From Mizuhopecten yessoensis (Eukaryota), in the NCBI RefSeq assembly GCF_002113885.1, contig NW_018480077.1, positions 1,277,930-1,341,929 on the forward strand: 64,000 nucleotides of DNA, written 5' to 3'. The first letter of the stretch is position 1. Each line of letters opens with the position of its first letter. The notes below the pieces were generated by a model that had not been told where the DNA came from, ran no database searches, and was given only the letters and a program-made list of their open reading frames with translations. This document shows, in pieces, positions 1 to 10,526 of this stretch. Made by a program: the position numbers and the translations under genes.

Positions 1-846
1 TCTGCGTCTGTCAGAATAATAATTATCAATATGTAAAATAGTTACGTTCTAATGTCGAGTGTTGCGTGTATGAAGGGGCGTGCTGTTTGTTGTGTAACTG
101 TTTGTCTACGTGCTTACGTCCTCATATAGATATACATAATTGGTTTGTGTTGCATACAATGAGATTAAATAAACTGAAAAATACAGTTAAATACCCCCAG
201 CTTTTCCCGCAAAATGCCGATTTTCTAGTAATATTATGATTTCCGAAATACACTATTAAGATACCTTATTTTATGATAACTTTGATAATATGAATTGGTT
301 AGTAAAATGAATTTTCAATTGATTCTGTGTGTCTGCAATTTATTCAGTTAAGTCATTGTGTTTTAATTTAAAAAAAAAATGAAAACAATGTATGAAGCAT
401 TATAATGCTCGTTAGTTTAACATACTTGTAAAGGGTGTCGCATGTATCAACTACGCATATCTTTTTTCCACGATAATATAGCCATTTTAAATTAAGATAT
501 TGTTTTTTAATACAATATGTTTAAAATCTATATCTTATGGATTATTATACACTGGATTTTAGGATTTCACCAAGAACGTCAAATGTATCAGTCTGACTGT
601 GTCGCTTTAACGTGCTGTTTAGAAATTCACCTGTACGATTGTTTATGTTAATTGGTATGTAGCTGGCCCATTGTTTTCAGAAATAAACCTATTAACATTC
701 GTGAGTAACCGCAGATTTATCACCGAATGACAGGGATAGGTAAAACCACGGACTTCAGGTCGAGTTTCGTGGTAAAACCGAAATACGTAAAAAGTGAACG
801 TAAAAATGATACATCTACCATAACGTCATTTAATCTATACACAAAC

Positions 847-936
847 GGAATTTCCATACATTTTTAATAAGAAAGGTTACGCATTTTTCGTAATGATATC
901 GAAAGTAAATTTCCGGGACTATAAACTATATAAAAG
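847..936 (+). promoter_or_regulatory. Proximal promoter of the secreted precursor gene: TATA box with kB-like motifs
   Basis: TATATAAAAG at 927-936, about 90 nt before ATG 1024. GGAATTTCC at 847-855 and GTAAATTTCC at 905-914 (reverse GGAAATTTAC) resemble Rel/NF-kB sites. Motif match only. Confidence 0.55.
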
Positions 937-1023
937 GAGCCGTACGACGCTGAGGGTTAAACTGAACCACGACAGGCAAAGATCATCTTCCTGAACAAGA
1001 ACTCCGGCGACACTAAGAAGACC

Positions 1024-2842
1024 ATGTTGTTTCTACATGTAGCTCTGATCCTAGGGGTGCTGAGTCAACATGCTTCCCAGCTAACCCATGGCGCCGTTTT
1101 GGGTGCGCCCGAAGTTCCCTATACCGTTCTCGGGACAGATGCAGCAAACAATCTGGTCATAGAGGGCACTACTCGTCCCCTCGGCGGCGCCGCCGCCTCA
1201 AACAGTCTGGTCATAGAGGGCGTTGACGTAAATACCTTGTCTACCGAAAACCTGGAAAGTTTCTTGACGGCTTTGGATGAAAAGTTTTTCGGGGAGTTAG
1301 GTAAGGCGTTTTCCTTATTATTTATAAAGAATAACCATTATTTTTGTAACTCTAACGTTTTGTACTACCCTCTGCCCTACTCCAAAACAGTTTTTGTTTG
1401 GGGGTTCCTTTAATCCAAGTATGTTAACCTTTTTTTGGTATTTGATAGTAATGTTTCAATACAATTACTGTGATAAATGACATTCATCTCAGATATCTGA
1501 AAAGTCAGTGTTTTTTTTTATAAAGTTATAATGAAGGATGTTTCATATTTTGTAGATATCGAAGTTGGAAAGCATATATTGGGAAGTGTTGCTACCGGAG
1601 GTAGGGCAAAGAGATGGGTCCCACTTGTTGCGCGTGGGGCGTTCGCTTTAGGGCGTGGTCTATTCAGGGCACTGTCCCGCGCAAAGCCGTCAAGAAGTGC
1701 AGGGAAACTCACCCGCCAGTACGATAGAAAAGGCAACTTCCGAAAGGCAGTCAGTGACTTCCACAGACTGAAGCCAACAAATGTCAAAAGGTTCAAAGGA
1801 AAGGTGAGTTTTTGTACACATACTGCTACTATTCACTTACAATAAATTCATACATAAATAACGTCTTTCGTGTTAGCCTACCATCGTATGAGTGCTGTGA
1901 TTTGAAGTGTGATTGTGTTTTGTATATAACCCTTCTTTTGCTATGAATAATCTCTACACTATTTGTCCATATTTTTCAGCTTTCATGCCAACTATAAAAC
2001 AGAGAGGTGTTGGTTAATTAACTGTCAGTTTAATAACTTCTGACACTTTCATCAGTTAAAATCATTATCTCTAGAACGTGACGGTCACAATATTACAGAC
2101 ATTCATCCGCAATGTAGAATCAAACTGAATGCTTAAATTTACTAGCGGTCATCTTTACCAACACAGTCGAAAAATGCCAACTTGTTTTGAAGTGTTATAA
2201 AATTCAATGTACGCATTGTAAACAAAGAATAAATTTGTTTTTGCATATAATTAGCAAATTTTCACTTAAATCAAAATCCTACGTGGTCTGGTTGTTTGTT
2301 TGAAAACAGAGCTGTCAATTGCTCGAAAACATTATGAAATGGTAAAGAAAGATTTGTTTGATGTGGTTAACCCTCGTTAATTAATCTAAAACTTTGAGAA
2401 AAATAATGTTTTGAACATCAATATTTTGTTTTCTTTTAACGATTGAAAATCAATTAACTCGAATAAGATGAACATGGTAAACAATGGTCGCTTATTGTTA
2501 TATATAACTCGCATTATCATATCAAGGCCTTGTTCTTCAGGATCCCACATTTATATGTCAGAAGTTAGAACTTAGTTGCAGCTTCATAATTAGTGTGCCT
2601 ATGCCTTATTGGATTATTTTTATCTGATATTATCTAAGTAGCGATGTAACTCTGTCCACTTTTGACACTTTTTTTCTGATTTTCCGTAGGATGGTCTGGT
2701 TGGTTTGGAGGGACGTATGGGGAAAAACACCGTCAAAGTAAGGTCGACCAGTTCCGGGAATCGCCCTACTCTTGAGGTGTACAAGACTGACAAGGCCGCT
2801 AGAAAAATCCTCCGAAAAGTTAGATACAACAGGAACAACTAA
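1024..2842 (+). CDS. Secreted prepro-protein, 225 aa: signal peptide, anionic propeptide, RAKR furin site, cationic mature domain resembling bacterial polymorphic-toxin C-terminal domains
   Basis: join(1024..1300,1556..1803,2690..2842); all introns GT-AG with matching phases (1, 0) and no stops. Hydrophobic N-terminus MLFLHVALILGVLSQHASQLTHG. Mature part WVPLVARGAFALGRGLFRALSRAKPSRSAGKLTRQYDRKGNFRKAVSDFHRLKPTNVKRFKGKDGLVGLEGRMGKNTVKVRSTSSGNRPTLEVYKTDKAARKILRKVRYNRNN. TATA upstream, AATAAA at 2891-2896. Gene structure is well supported; function is inferred. Confidence 0.85.
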
Positions 2843-4198
2843 AGACAGTCTCACATCGGGCTGTTCCCGTTAGCTAGTAACTAACATGATAATAAAAATA
2901 GTGTTTTTGCAAAGGCAATACGTCAAAAGTAAAAGGAGGATAAAGATTACCGATCCGATATCTCATAAAAGTAGTGATATCAGCAAAAAAAAATAAACAT
3001 TTTTTTAATTTCATTTTCTTCAATGTTTAATAGAAATCCATAATCCATACTTTCAAGCTAAGAAGTACCCAATATCTCGAGCGTACCCATTCATCTTGCT
3101 GTTTCAAAATTGCTGTCTTCATTGTAAGTGATATGTTGTTATACGGTAAATATTATCTCATTATGACGTTGGAATCCTGGTTGTGTGTTATTGTATGTTA
3201 ATACAACAACGATTACTTACATTTACGACAACTACCGGTTGTATTGTTACCGGAAAGGTAATATCTGTTGCGGTGACTTTTTTTTATCTGAAGCGTCTGA
3301 GAAATTAGCCGATTATTTTCACCAGGGTTTTCTTTCAATGAATTGATTTGTGTGTTTATGCTTCTTTGTAGTGTTTTTGTCTCTCTCTCTCTCTATTTCG
3401 TATGTTTCATATGGAGCTTTCCCGAGTGATGAAATACATATTTGTATTTTTATATCATAATTCATTGTAACACCATTTAAAACATCTACTTTAAAGAGGA
3501 AGCAATAAATTTATTAAAAATATGTAATCGTGTTAGTATTGTTCTTATTTTAACGTTTCAGTTCTCGTAGAACCTGCCACTTGGTGCATGAGGAGGAGTA
3601 TGAAACATGGCACTGTTGATTTCTGTCTCTGTTTGAAAATTGCCCTAGAAAAATCGTAGAATAATGTCTTTACTTACACTCATTAATTAAAGGAAATGAT
3701 GAACATGACCAACTCATAGAAAAATGCATTGTTTGTCAAATGATTTCTACAATCGTCAAATCCCGATGTGAGAAAGAGTAAAAATGGTATTTTACAAAAC
3801 ACAGAGAGGAAAAAACATTCTGGTTTCAATACGTTTCAACCGCTAGAACAGCACTATCCTCATTTTTAGAAAGAAAAAAACCCTCTAGCGAGGAAGAAAA
3901 TTATACGAGTTTTAATCACATTATGCTTAGTAATGATCTCGAGGCGAAGAGCGTAAACAAACGATTGCTGACGTGATGAATAAAAAAGCTTTTGCCAAAT
4001 ACTAGCTTGCTTCTACTGATATACAGTAAACCCTTTTTTGATCTATTTATAAAACATTTCACTAACCCCGTAAATCTATAACACTGAACTAACGATTAAA
4101 TTTGCATTAGTTATGCACTGTAGAGTCTCGTATATATACATCTACACACAAAACTACTTTTACCTATATACTGAGCAGCCTTTTAATTAAATCCAGTC

Positions 4199-5800
4199 TC
4201 AATAGAAATTCACGATTTCTAGGAAACCATGCAAGGTATCGGGACAAATGAAGCGAAACTGTGTCATCTTTCCGAGTCTAATGACTTTCGGAGTTCCCGT
4301 CCTATCTATAAATACGCCCGCACTCTCAGTAAAACCCTGAAGAGATAACAAAATGAAAATATAGATGGACTCTCCAACTGCATTGTTAATAATCTCCCTA
4401 ACATCTTTCTCTTGGACAAGATGTACGTATATATACATTTCGTGAAATCGGACGAAAATAGCGATCATATACCGGAAAAGTTTTTTTTATTTTTATAAAT
4501 AACGTGTTTTGACATGATGCATCAATATATCAAATGCAAAAGAAATGTTCAGAAAGAATTTTCCCCCAGAGAATCAAAACCAAGTTAAACGATACACTGT
4601 ATTTTAATTCAAAACAATGACAAGCACCAGGCTTAAAGAAAACGAGGAATATAATGAAACTGATAAGACAACATCAAAACATAAACGTGATGACAACAGT
4701 GAAGAAAACCCAACAAATCACGAGAGTCTGCCGGACTAGCGGGCTAGAGTATGTTTACATAGAACAGCATACATCAGAAACTTTGCTGCACTATGTTTAT
4801 ATTGTTTACACTGGATCGTTGTAACTTGCATCGCGTTGAGAGCAGCAAGTGTCCGGCTTCTCGCTGAGGTATGGTCCGTGACTTATTTGTAGTTGGTCGA
4901 AGGTACTTTGGAAGCTTTATTGGGCACTTTGGAAGCTTTATTGGGTACTTTGACGGCTTTATTGGGTACTTTGGAAGCTTTATTGGGTACTTTGACGGCT
5001 TTATTGGGTACTTTGGAAGCTTTATTTCGTGGTTTGAAGCATGCACTTGCTTGTTTGAAACATGTGTTTGGTGTTTGAAGCCTCAAATTGGTTATTTGAA
5101 ACATGCAATTGGTTGCTCGAAGCCTGCAATTGGCTGTCGTGACAAACATTTGGATGTCTGAAACTTATATTTCGTTGTTCGTAGCCTGTACTTGATTGGC
5201 TGGAACATGTAAATGTACTTAGATCACTGAAACTGTCACTTGGCCATGGTTTGCTGTAGTTATTACATGGCTTATTACAATTGTTACTTGGCACAAAACA
5301 GTTCCAACTCGTAAAGTCCATGTTGTTTCCGACATTGTAACAGCTTGAAGCCGGCTGACTACAGATGTTGGTTCTTGGTCGATTTTGGTTGTAACAGATC
5401 TTACATTGTCGGTCATAAATACAAACTAAGACACCGTCCACGTCTTCTTCTGATTTACCTGGCTGTCTGTCTGTTGATTCTACAGCTTTTGTCACTTTCT
5501 GTTGCTCGTCCACTTCTTGTCTAATAAAAGTTAACCAGTCATTGATTATATCGCCTAGTTTTGGACCCTTCACATTTATTGGACATGGAGGTTCCTGACG
5601 TTTCTGAAATGTAAAATTGAAGTTACACGCATCTATCAATCAACGCATTAGGTCCGTCACTTTTTTCTTAGACTTTTTATCATCATCGCTTTCCCAATAT
5701 TACCATCTGCTGAGGTACTATTCATTTCCTCGAAATATTTCTGAAGAATTTTAATCGTTTACTTATTTGAACATTGAAGAGATGAAATAGCAACGCATCA
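4199..5800 (-). pseudogene. Decayed protein-coding sequence of unknown family containing a 21-nt (heptad) repeat tract
   Basis: Overlapping minus-strand ORF pieces (5022-5639, 4774-5046, 4199-4468), with in-frame stops upstream (LSRW*YWESDDDKKSKKKVTDLMR*LIDACNF). A 20-nt unit inside the 21-nt repeat array near 5070 marks a frameshift. Boundaries approximate. Confidence 0.4.
4902..5132 (-). repeat. 21-bp tandem repeat, about 11 units, graded from near-perfect to diverged
   Basis: Unit CTTTGGAAGCTTTATTGGGTA on the + strand; minus-strand translation PIKLPKY/PIKPSKY and QLHVSNN-type heptads. Confidence 0.85.
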
Positions 5801-6877
5801 TTTCCGAGAATTATTTTCGATATTTTTTAAAACTGCGTTAACATATTTAAGAGGAAGACAGATAACAAATTTACTTCAGTTGTTTGAAACAATATCAATA
5901 TAGATTTAGAACAGATAACATTAACTTGTAATGCAAAATAAAAATAAAAGTGTTTTAACTTGCCACACGGAAAACTACATTGCAGGTTATATGTTTCATA
6001 TTTACCACGAACATGTAACAATACTGGCGGCGAAATAAATAAAGCGAAAGTAATAATCCTCCTTGAGTGGTTATCGAATCAACATCCAATATTGTATCGA
6101 GTGATGTTACTGATGCGGGGTATGGTTTACAGCAGTGTTATTTTCGTGATTCGTGTGATTAATTGAATTTACGAACTCAAGTTATGCTAGAAATTGTACA
6201 AAGACTGCATTGCGTTTGATTAAAATCACTCTTGCTGACAATGGACGGTACTATTACTGTCCAGGTCTCATAACTGGCTTTAAAGATGCCCTACTACACC
6301 TACCCCTCCCCCACCCTTCTTCTGACGACCGACTGCTTGAAAGCATATACATATAATACGAGCTATATCTACCGTCCTGCCCCCTAACCGCTGGGCTATC
6401 GGTGTTGTTGGGTCTGGTCTAACCACCGTTGGTTTGGTGCCATGTAGTAACTTCCGGTTAGCTGCCTCGGCTCTTTTAGCGTCATCCATGTTATCTACAA
6501 ATATATTAACATTCTCTTTCAGGAGGCAGATTCATATTAAACCTGTACCTTCTTTCTATGTAGTTATGGATATTTTTCTTCTTTGATTGGTGAATCATAA
6601 TTTATTATTTTGGGCTAAACATAGCCTTGGGCATAATAAACGAAATGGTGACCGCTATTTTGCCCTTCTTCTGATGAGCAACAAAACGAAACAAAACACC
6701 AAAATAGCCATGAAGATTAAATACCGACAATTTTAGCCATTAATTTGCCTCAAAAAACAAGAGGGGCAAAAATAAAAACGGTACGTGTCAGCCATCAAGG
6801 TTTATCGTAACGGTATTTTCAAATAAACTTTATTTATTTTACAACAATTATGAAACAACTTATTTCAATTAATATGT

Positions 6878-6998
6878 TAGCGCACGGGGTCTTGATGTGG
6901 GAGGAAACCGCAGCACCCGGAGAAACCCTAGTTGATCGGCCAGGTGACCCATACCTTTTCACATCCAATCGGGGATTCGAACTCCTGCCGCCTTGGTG
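6878..6998 (-). mobile_element. tRNA-derived SINE fragment with V-domain-like core
   Basis: Minus strand has B-box GAGTTCGAATCCCC (6971-6984) followed by GGGTTTCTCCGGGTGCTGCGGTTTCCTCCCACA (6896-6928), typical of V-SINE central domains. Confidence 0.65.
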
Positions 6999-7574
6999 AT
7001 TATATAATGCAATTGAAAAAGATTAAACAATCAGCTTTATACCGTAACTTTGACCTCGCCCATAATTCATCAAAGAGATACCAGAAAATATACCCGAAAG
7101 ACGCGTTCCTATGTGCTTGTAAAGGACATATGTAAGAAAATTTTACAAAACGTGACCAGTGCAACAGAAAATTAGAAATGCTAGTCATTGAGAGGCACAG
7201 ACGACTCAACATATCAAAAATCTTTAATGGAGAAACATGCGTTTTTTTCTCCTCCTCGCTTTGGATTCACAAAGTTAATTAATATTAAATGTACATTGAT
7301 AACTCATATATTAATATCAATAGTCCACAAAATCCTTTAAAATGTTTTGAGAATATCCTTTAAAAGTCTTTTTCACTTTCTTACTTACTTACCTACACAA
7401 TTTTCTGTGATTTTTTGTTACCTTCCATTTGCGTAAAACCTTGGTTTTTAAAATCTATTTTGTTAGAATTAAGATTCTTTTCAAACCATGATATATGTGA
7501 ATTAGGTGATACTACATTCGAGGAGGAGGAGGACATTTTGCATGATGTCGGTGTACATTTACAGTTAACACTGC

Positions 7575-7700
7575 CCCTCCCCTACACGTCCGCCCCTCCC
7601 CTACACGTCCGCAGATTGCACGGTCAGACGTGGATTCGAACACGGGACCCTCCGATCACTAAACAGACCGCCGCTCTACCAATTGAGCTACCTGGTCGCC
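7575..7700 (-). mobile_element. tRNA-derived repeat head (SINE-like or tRNA pseudogene)
   Basis: Minus strand A-box TAGCTCAATTGGTAGAGC and B-box GTTCGAATCC. T and acceptor stems are mismatched. Adjacent ~19-nt direct repeat CCCCTCCCCTACACGTCCG. Confidence 0.55.
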
Positions 7701-8145
7701 GACGATTGACTCATTGTAGTTCCGCTACACACCGACATCACTTCCCAAATTAATATAGGAATACCCCACCCCTAACCCGCATTTCAAGATTCCAAAATCT
7801 GGTCAACCCGTATGATTTTGTTGCACAAGCTGGCGATATGAAGTAAATTGTATTACACCTGTTGGCATAAACCAAAGTTATAAGTCTAAATAAGTTTGAA
7901 ACGATTAAGAATAAGTACCAGAAGAAAACTATATTACAATCTATGCAAAGTGCATGTTCCTGTGAGTGAACCGAACCAGCTCACAACAATGGCCTCCAGT
8001 GAAACGGACAGGAGGTAGCCAAGGTTGTAGACTGTGAAACATGGCATCAATGTATCCGATACTATAGGTACACGTGTATATAACTTCGATTGCTTAACTT
8101 ACCTTAGCTCAGGCTTTCTGTGTGATTAAATACGAACTTTCTTTG

Positions 8146-8678
8146 TTGTTCCGCGGAATTGATATCAAAATGCTGTTGTACTGAAATACATTTGCTTGTG
8201 ACTTTCCTCCTGCTATGCGTGTTGCATTGCCGTTGTCATGGAGTCACGAGACATCAATTATGACGTCATTCCTCAAAGATGCGTATTTTTTCGTATGTCT
8301 AGTTCTAAGTGTTAAGTTTGAAATGATTAAATGCTGTATTGCATTTATATGATCATCCGACTAAATGTATACTATGCTAATTTATAGCATCTGTGTATCT
8401 GTCATCATATATGTAACTTAATTGTAGATTAGAGACAGTGAATTTGGGTATGATAGAGTGCAGGCTGGAGGGGGTGTCGTGTTGATTGCACGTAAACTGA
8501 CATACAGGTTGATAAGGGCTGGCCTCAGGTACACCCATGAGTAATGTGGTTTAGGGAAAAGATTGAAGGTTCCGGTGAAACAGAGGTTCCTTCAGCGGGT
8601 AAGGAGGCCGGGGCAAGTTCAGTCTCGGGGTAAGTCCGACCACACTGTATACTTTTGGTCCTGAGCAAATATTTACAA
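8146..8678. mobile_element. Possible solo LTR or other insertion
   Basis: TTGT...ACAA termini flanked by CTTTG direct repeats (8141-8145, 8679-8683); GC-richer interior. Weak evidence. Confidence 0.25.
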
Positions 8679-10036
8679 CTTTGATTATAAAATCATTTCA
8701 GTTGACTGGACGGAACATTCACACGTAAAAATGGCGAGGGTACTCAATTTTTAAATTACTAATTTAAATAAGAAGAAAGGGACCTTTGGGAGGGTAGGAA
8801 AACATCATGACCTCATTTCTTTCTAGTTTTGCGAACTTTCTGTAAACCGAATTGCTACTTTAATCATTTGTCTCTTACGTGTAATACACTGACAGCTTAC
8901 TTCACATGATGGTATACGTAAAAGCTTAAAAGCATCGACTTTCGCATTGCTGTAATATACGAATTTGTTATCAATTTGGGACAGGCTCGGCCCATGCAAC
9001 TCATTGAAAGTCATGAAATTGGCGGGGAAAATATGACGTTTCATAATTTATGACGTCAAAATTATGCTATTATAGTAGACCCCCATTTACATGTGGTTTA
9101 AGCCCGTGAATGTTTCATGCATTTATGAAACATGAACAAGAACCCAGCTTTCATTCGAGTTTATTCATTTTTTTTCAAAAGGAAATTGATAGATTTATAT
9201 GTTCTGATCGTTTATGTTTTCTTAAATCTATTTTTTCTATACGGCATTTCATTATCAATGAGTTTGTTTATGTAAATCTAAAACCCGGAGGACAGCATAT
9301 TTTTAGTTATGCTAATCACATCCAGTTTTCTGTTGTAACATATTAACATATGTAATAGAGGTCTTTATTTTGTAATGCCTCCGCATTAAACTGACGTTCT
9401 TTGTTAGAGCTAACAAATGTTGCAATAAATAACAGTGGATTGGACAAACGTTAAAATTTATCGAGACTATCACATCCTTTTTATTTGTATGTCTTATTGA
9501 AATGATATAGCTTATTGAAGTCTTAAAAACAAACTCGAAAAAGAAGAGAATTCGAAAAAAGGTTTTGGTTCTGGGGGTAATTTCTCGTTCTCATTTTGTC
9601 CTTTGCAGATATTATATAAATTTTGCCGTTTATAGAGAGTGTATCGAACGCGCCCCATGAAAGTTGTAAACACAGGTACATGTGCATTTGCGGGCTGGGG
9701 TGTAGATTTTGAAGGTTTCGAGGTTTGTATGTTTTATTTAAAGTGTACGGTGAGGTCATTTTAAAGTAGTTAGTTGATTTGTAATCATATTTATTCCAAA
9801 CATATGCAGTCGCTCCGACAGAATGAGATTGTAGCCTAGTATACTGTTTTGTATACGGTAACGGTGTAATCAGTAGTCTGTGAGTAGACAGTAGACACAG
9901 TAAGTTTCTTAACCGTACTTCGATCAGCTGATGATAGAGTAAAGCGACCAAAAGCCCTGTGTACCAGTACAAGAGTTTGTTTGTTTCAAATTCCGAGATA
10001 AACAGTATTTGTTTTTTGTTTGTTTATATTAACAGT

Positions 10037-10205
10037 CAGTGGCGGATCCAGACACCTATCTGGGGGGGTTTCCAAATTTCCTGGGGGGGGGGGTTCCATG
10101 TGGGGAAAAAATTGAGGAAAGTGGTGAAAATACATGATTTTTAAAGAAAATTCTCAGGGTGGGGGGTTTCCTGGAGCCCAAAAAACCCCTCTGGATCCGC
10201 CACTG
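10037..10205. mobile_element. MITE, hAT-like (hAT5-type 5-bp TSD)
   Basis: Perfect 16-bp TIR CAGTGGCGGATCCAGA...TCTGGATCCGCCACTG; ACAGT duplicated at 10032-10036 and 10206-10210. Confidence 0.85.
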
Positions 10206-10526
10206 ACAGTTTATTTACGTGAATTCCACCCCCCCCCGCACAAAATATCTGATGTATTAACCACTGCAAAGACAGTGTATGTAAACGCATCCGCTACAAT
10301 ATGGATTGTTATGTCGATGTCATGAATCAGTTGATGTACAAACAGATTTTTACTGACACAAGTAAAATCACCTTATGTGTGGAGAAGAAGGTGTATCAAG
10401 GATAAACGAAGGTGTTTGTTTTTTTGTTAATAATTTCAAGATCAGTGTCATTGAAGTGATTAAAATTGAAAATTAAAAGAATTGCCTACTTTTGGCAATC
10501 CGAGAACGGAACCTTCTTTAACTGAA

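Noticed and set aside
1024-1413. 129-aa ORF as a complete protein
   Set aside because: It reads through the AG|GTAAGG donor at 1300/1301 into AT-rich intron; the spliced 3-exon model is far more coherent.
1024-2842. Big defensin, or bacterial contamination
   Set aside because: The mature region has no cysteines, so there is no beta-defensin domain. Spliceosomal introns, TATA box, poly(A) signal and animal neighbours argue against contamination.
2620-2854. Minus-strand ORFs of 72 and 74 aa
   Set aside because: Antisense shadows of exon 3 of the plus-strand gene.
7622-7700. Functional tRNA gene
   Set aside because: A and B boxes are present, but acceptor and T stems are mismatched and no clean anticodon arm can be drawn.
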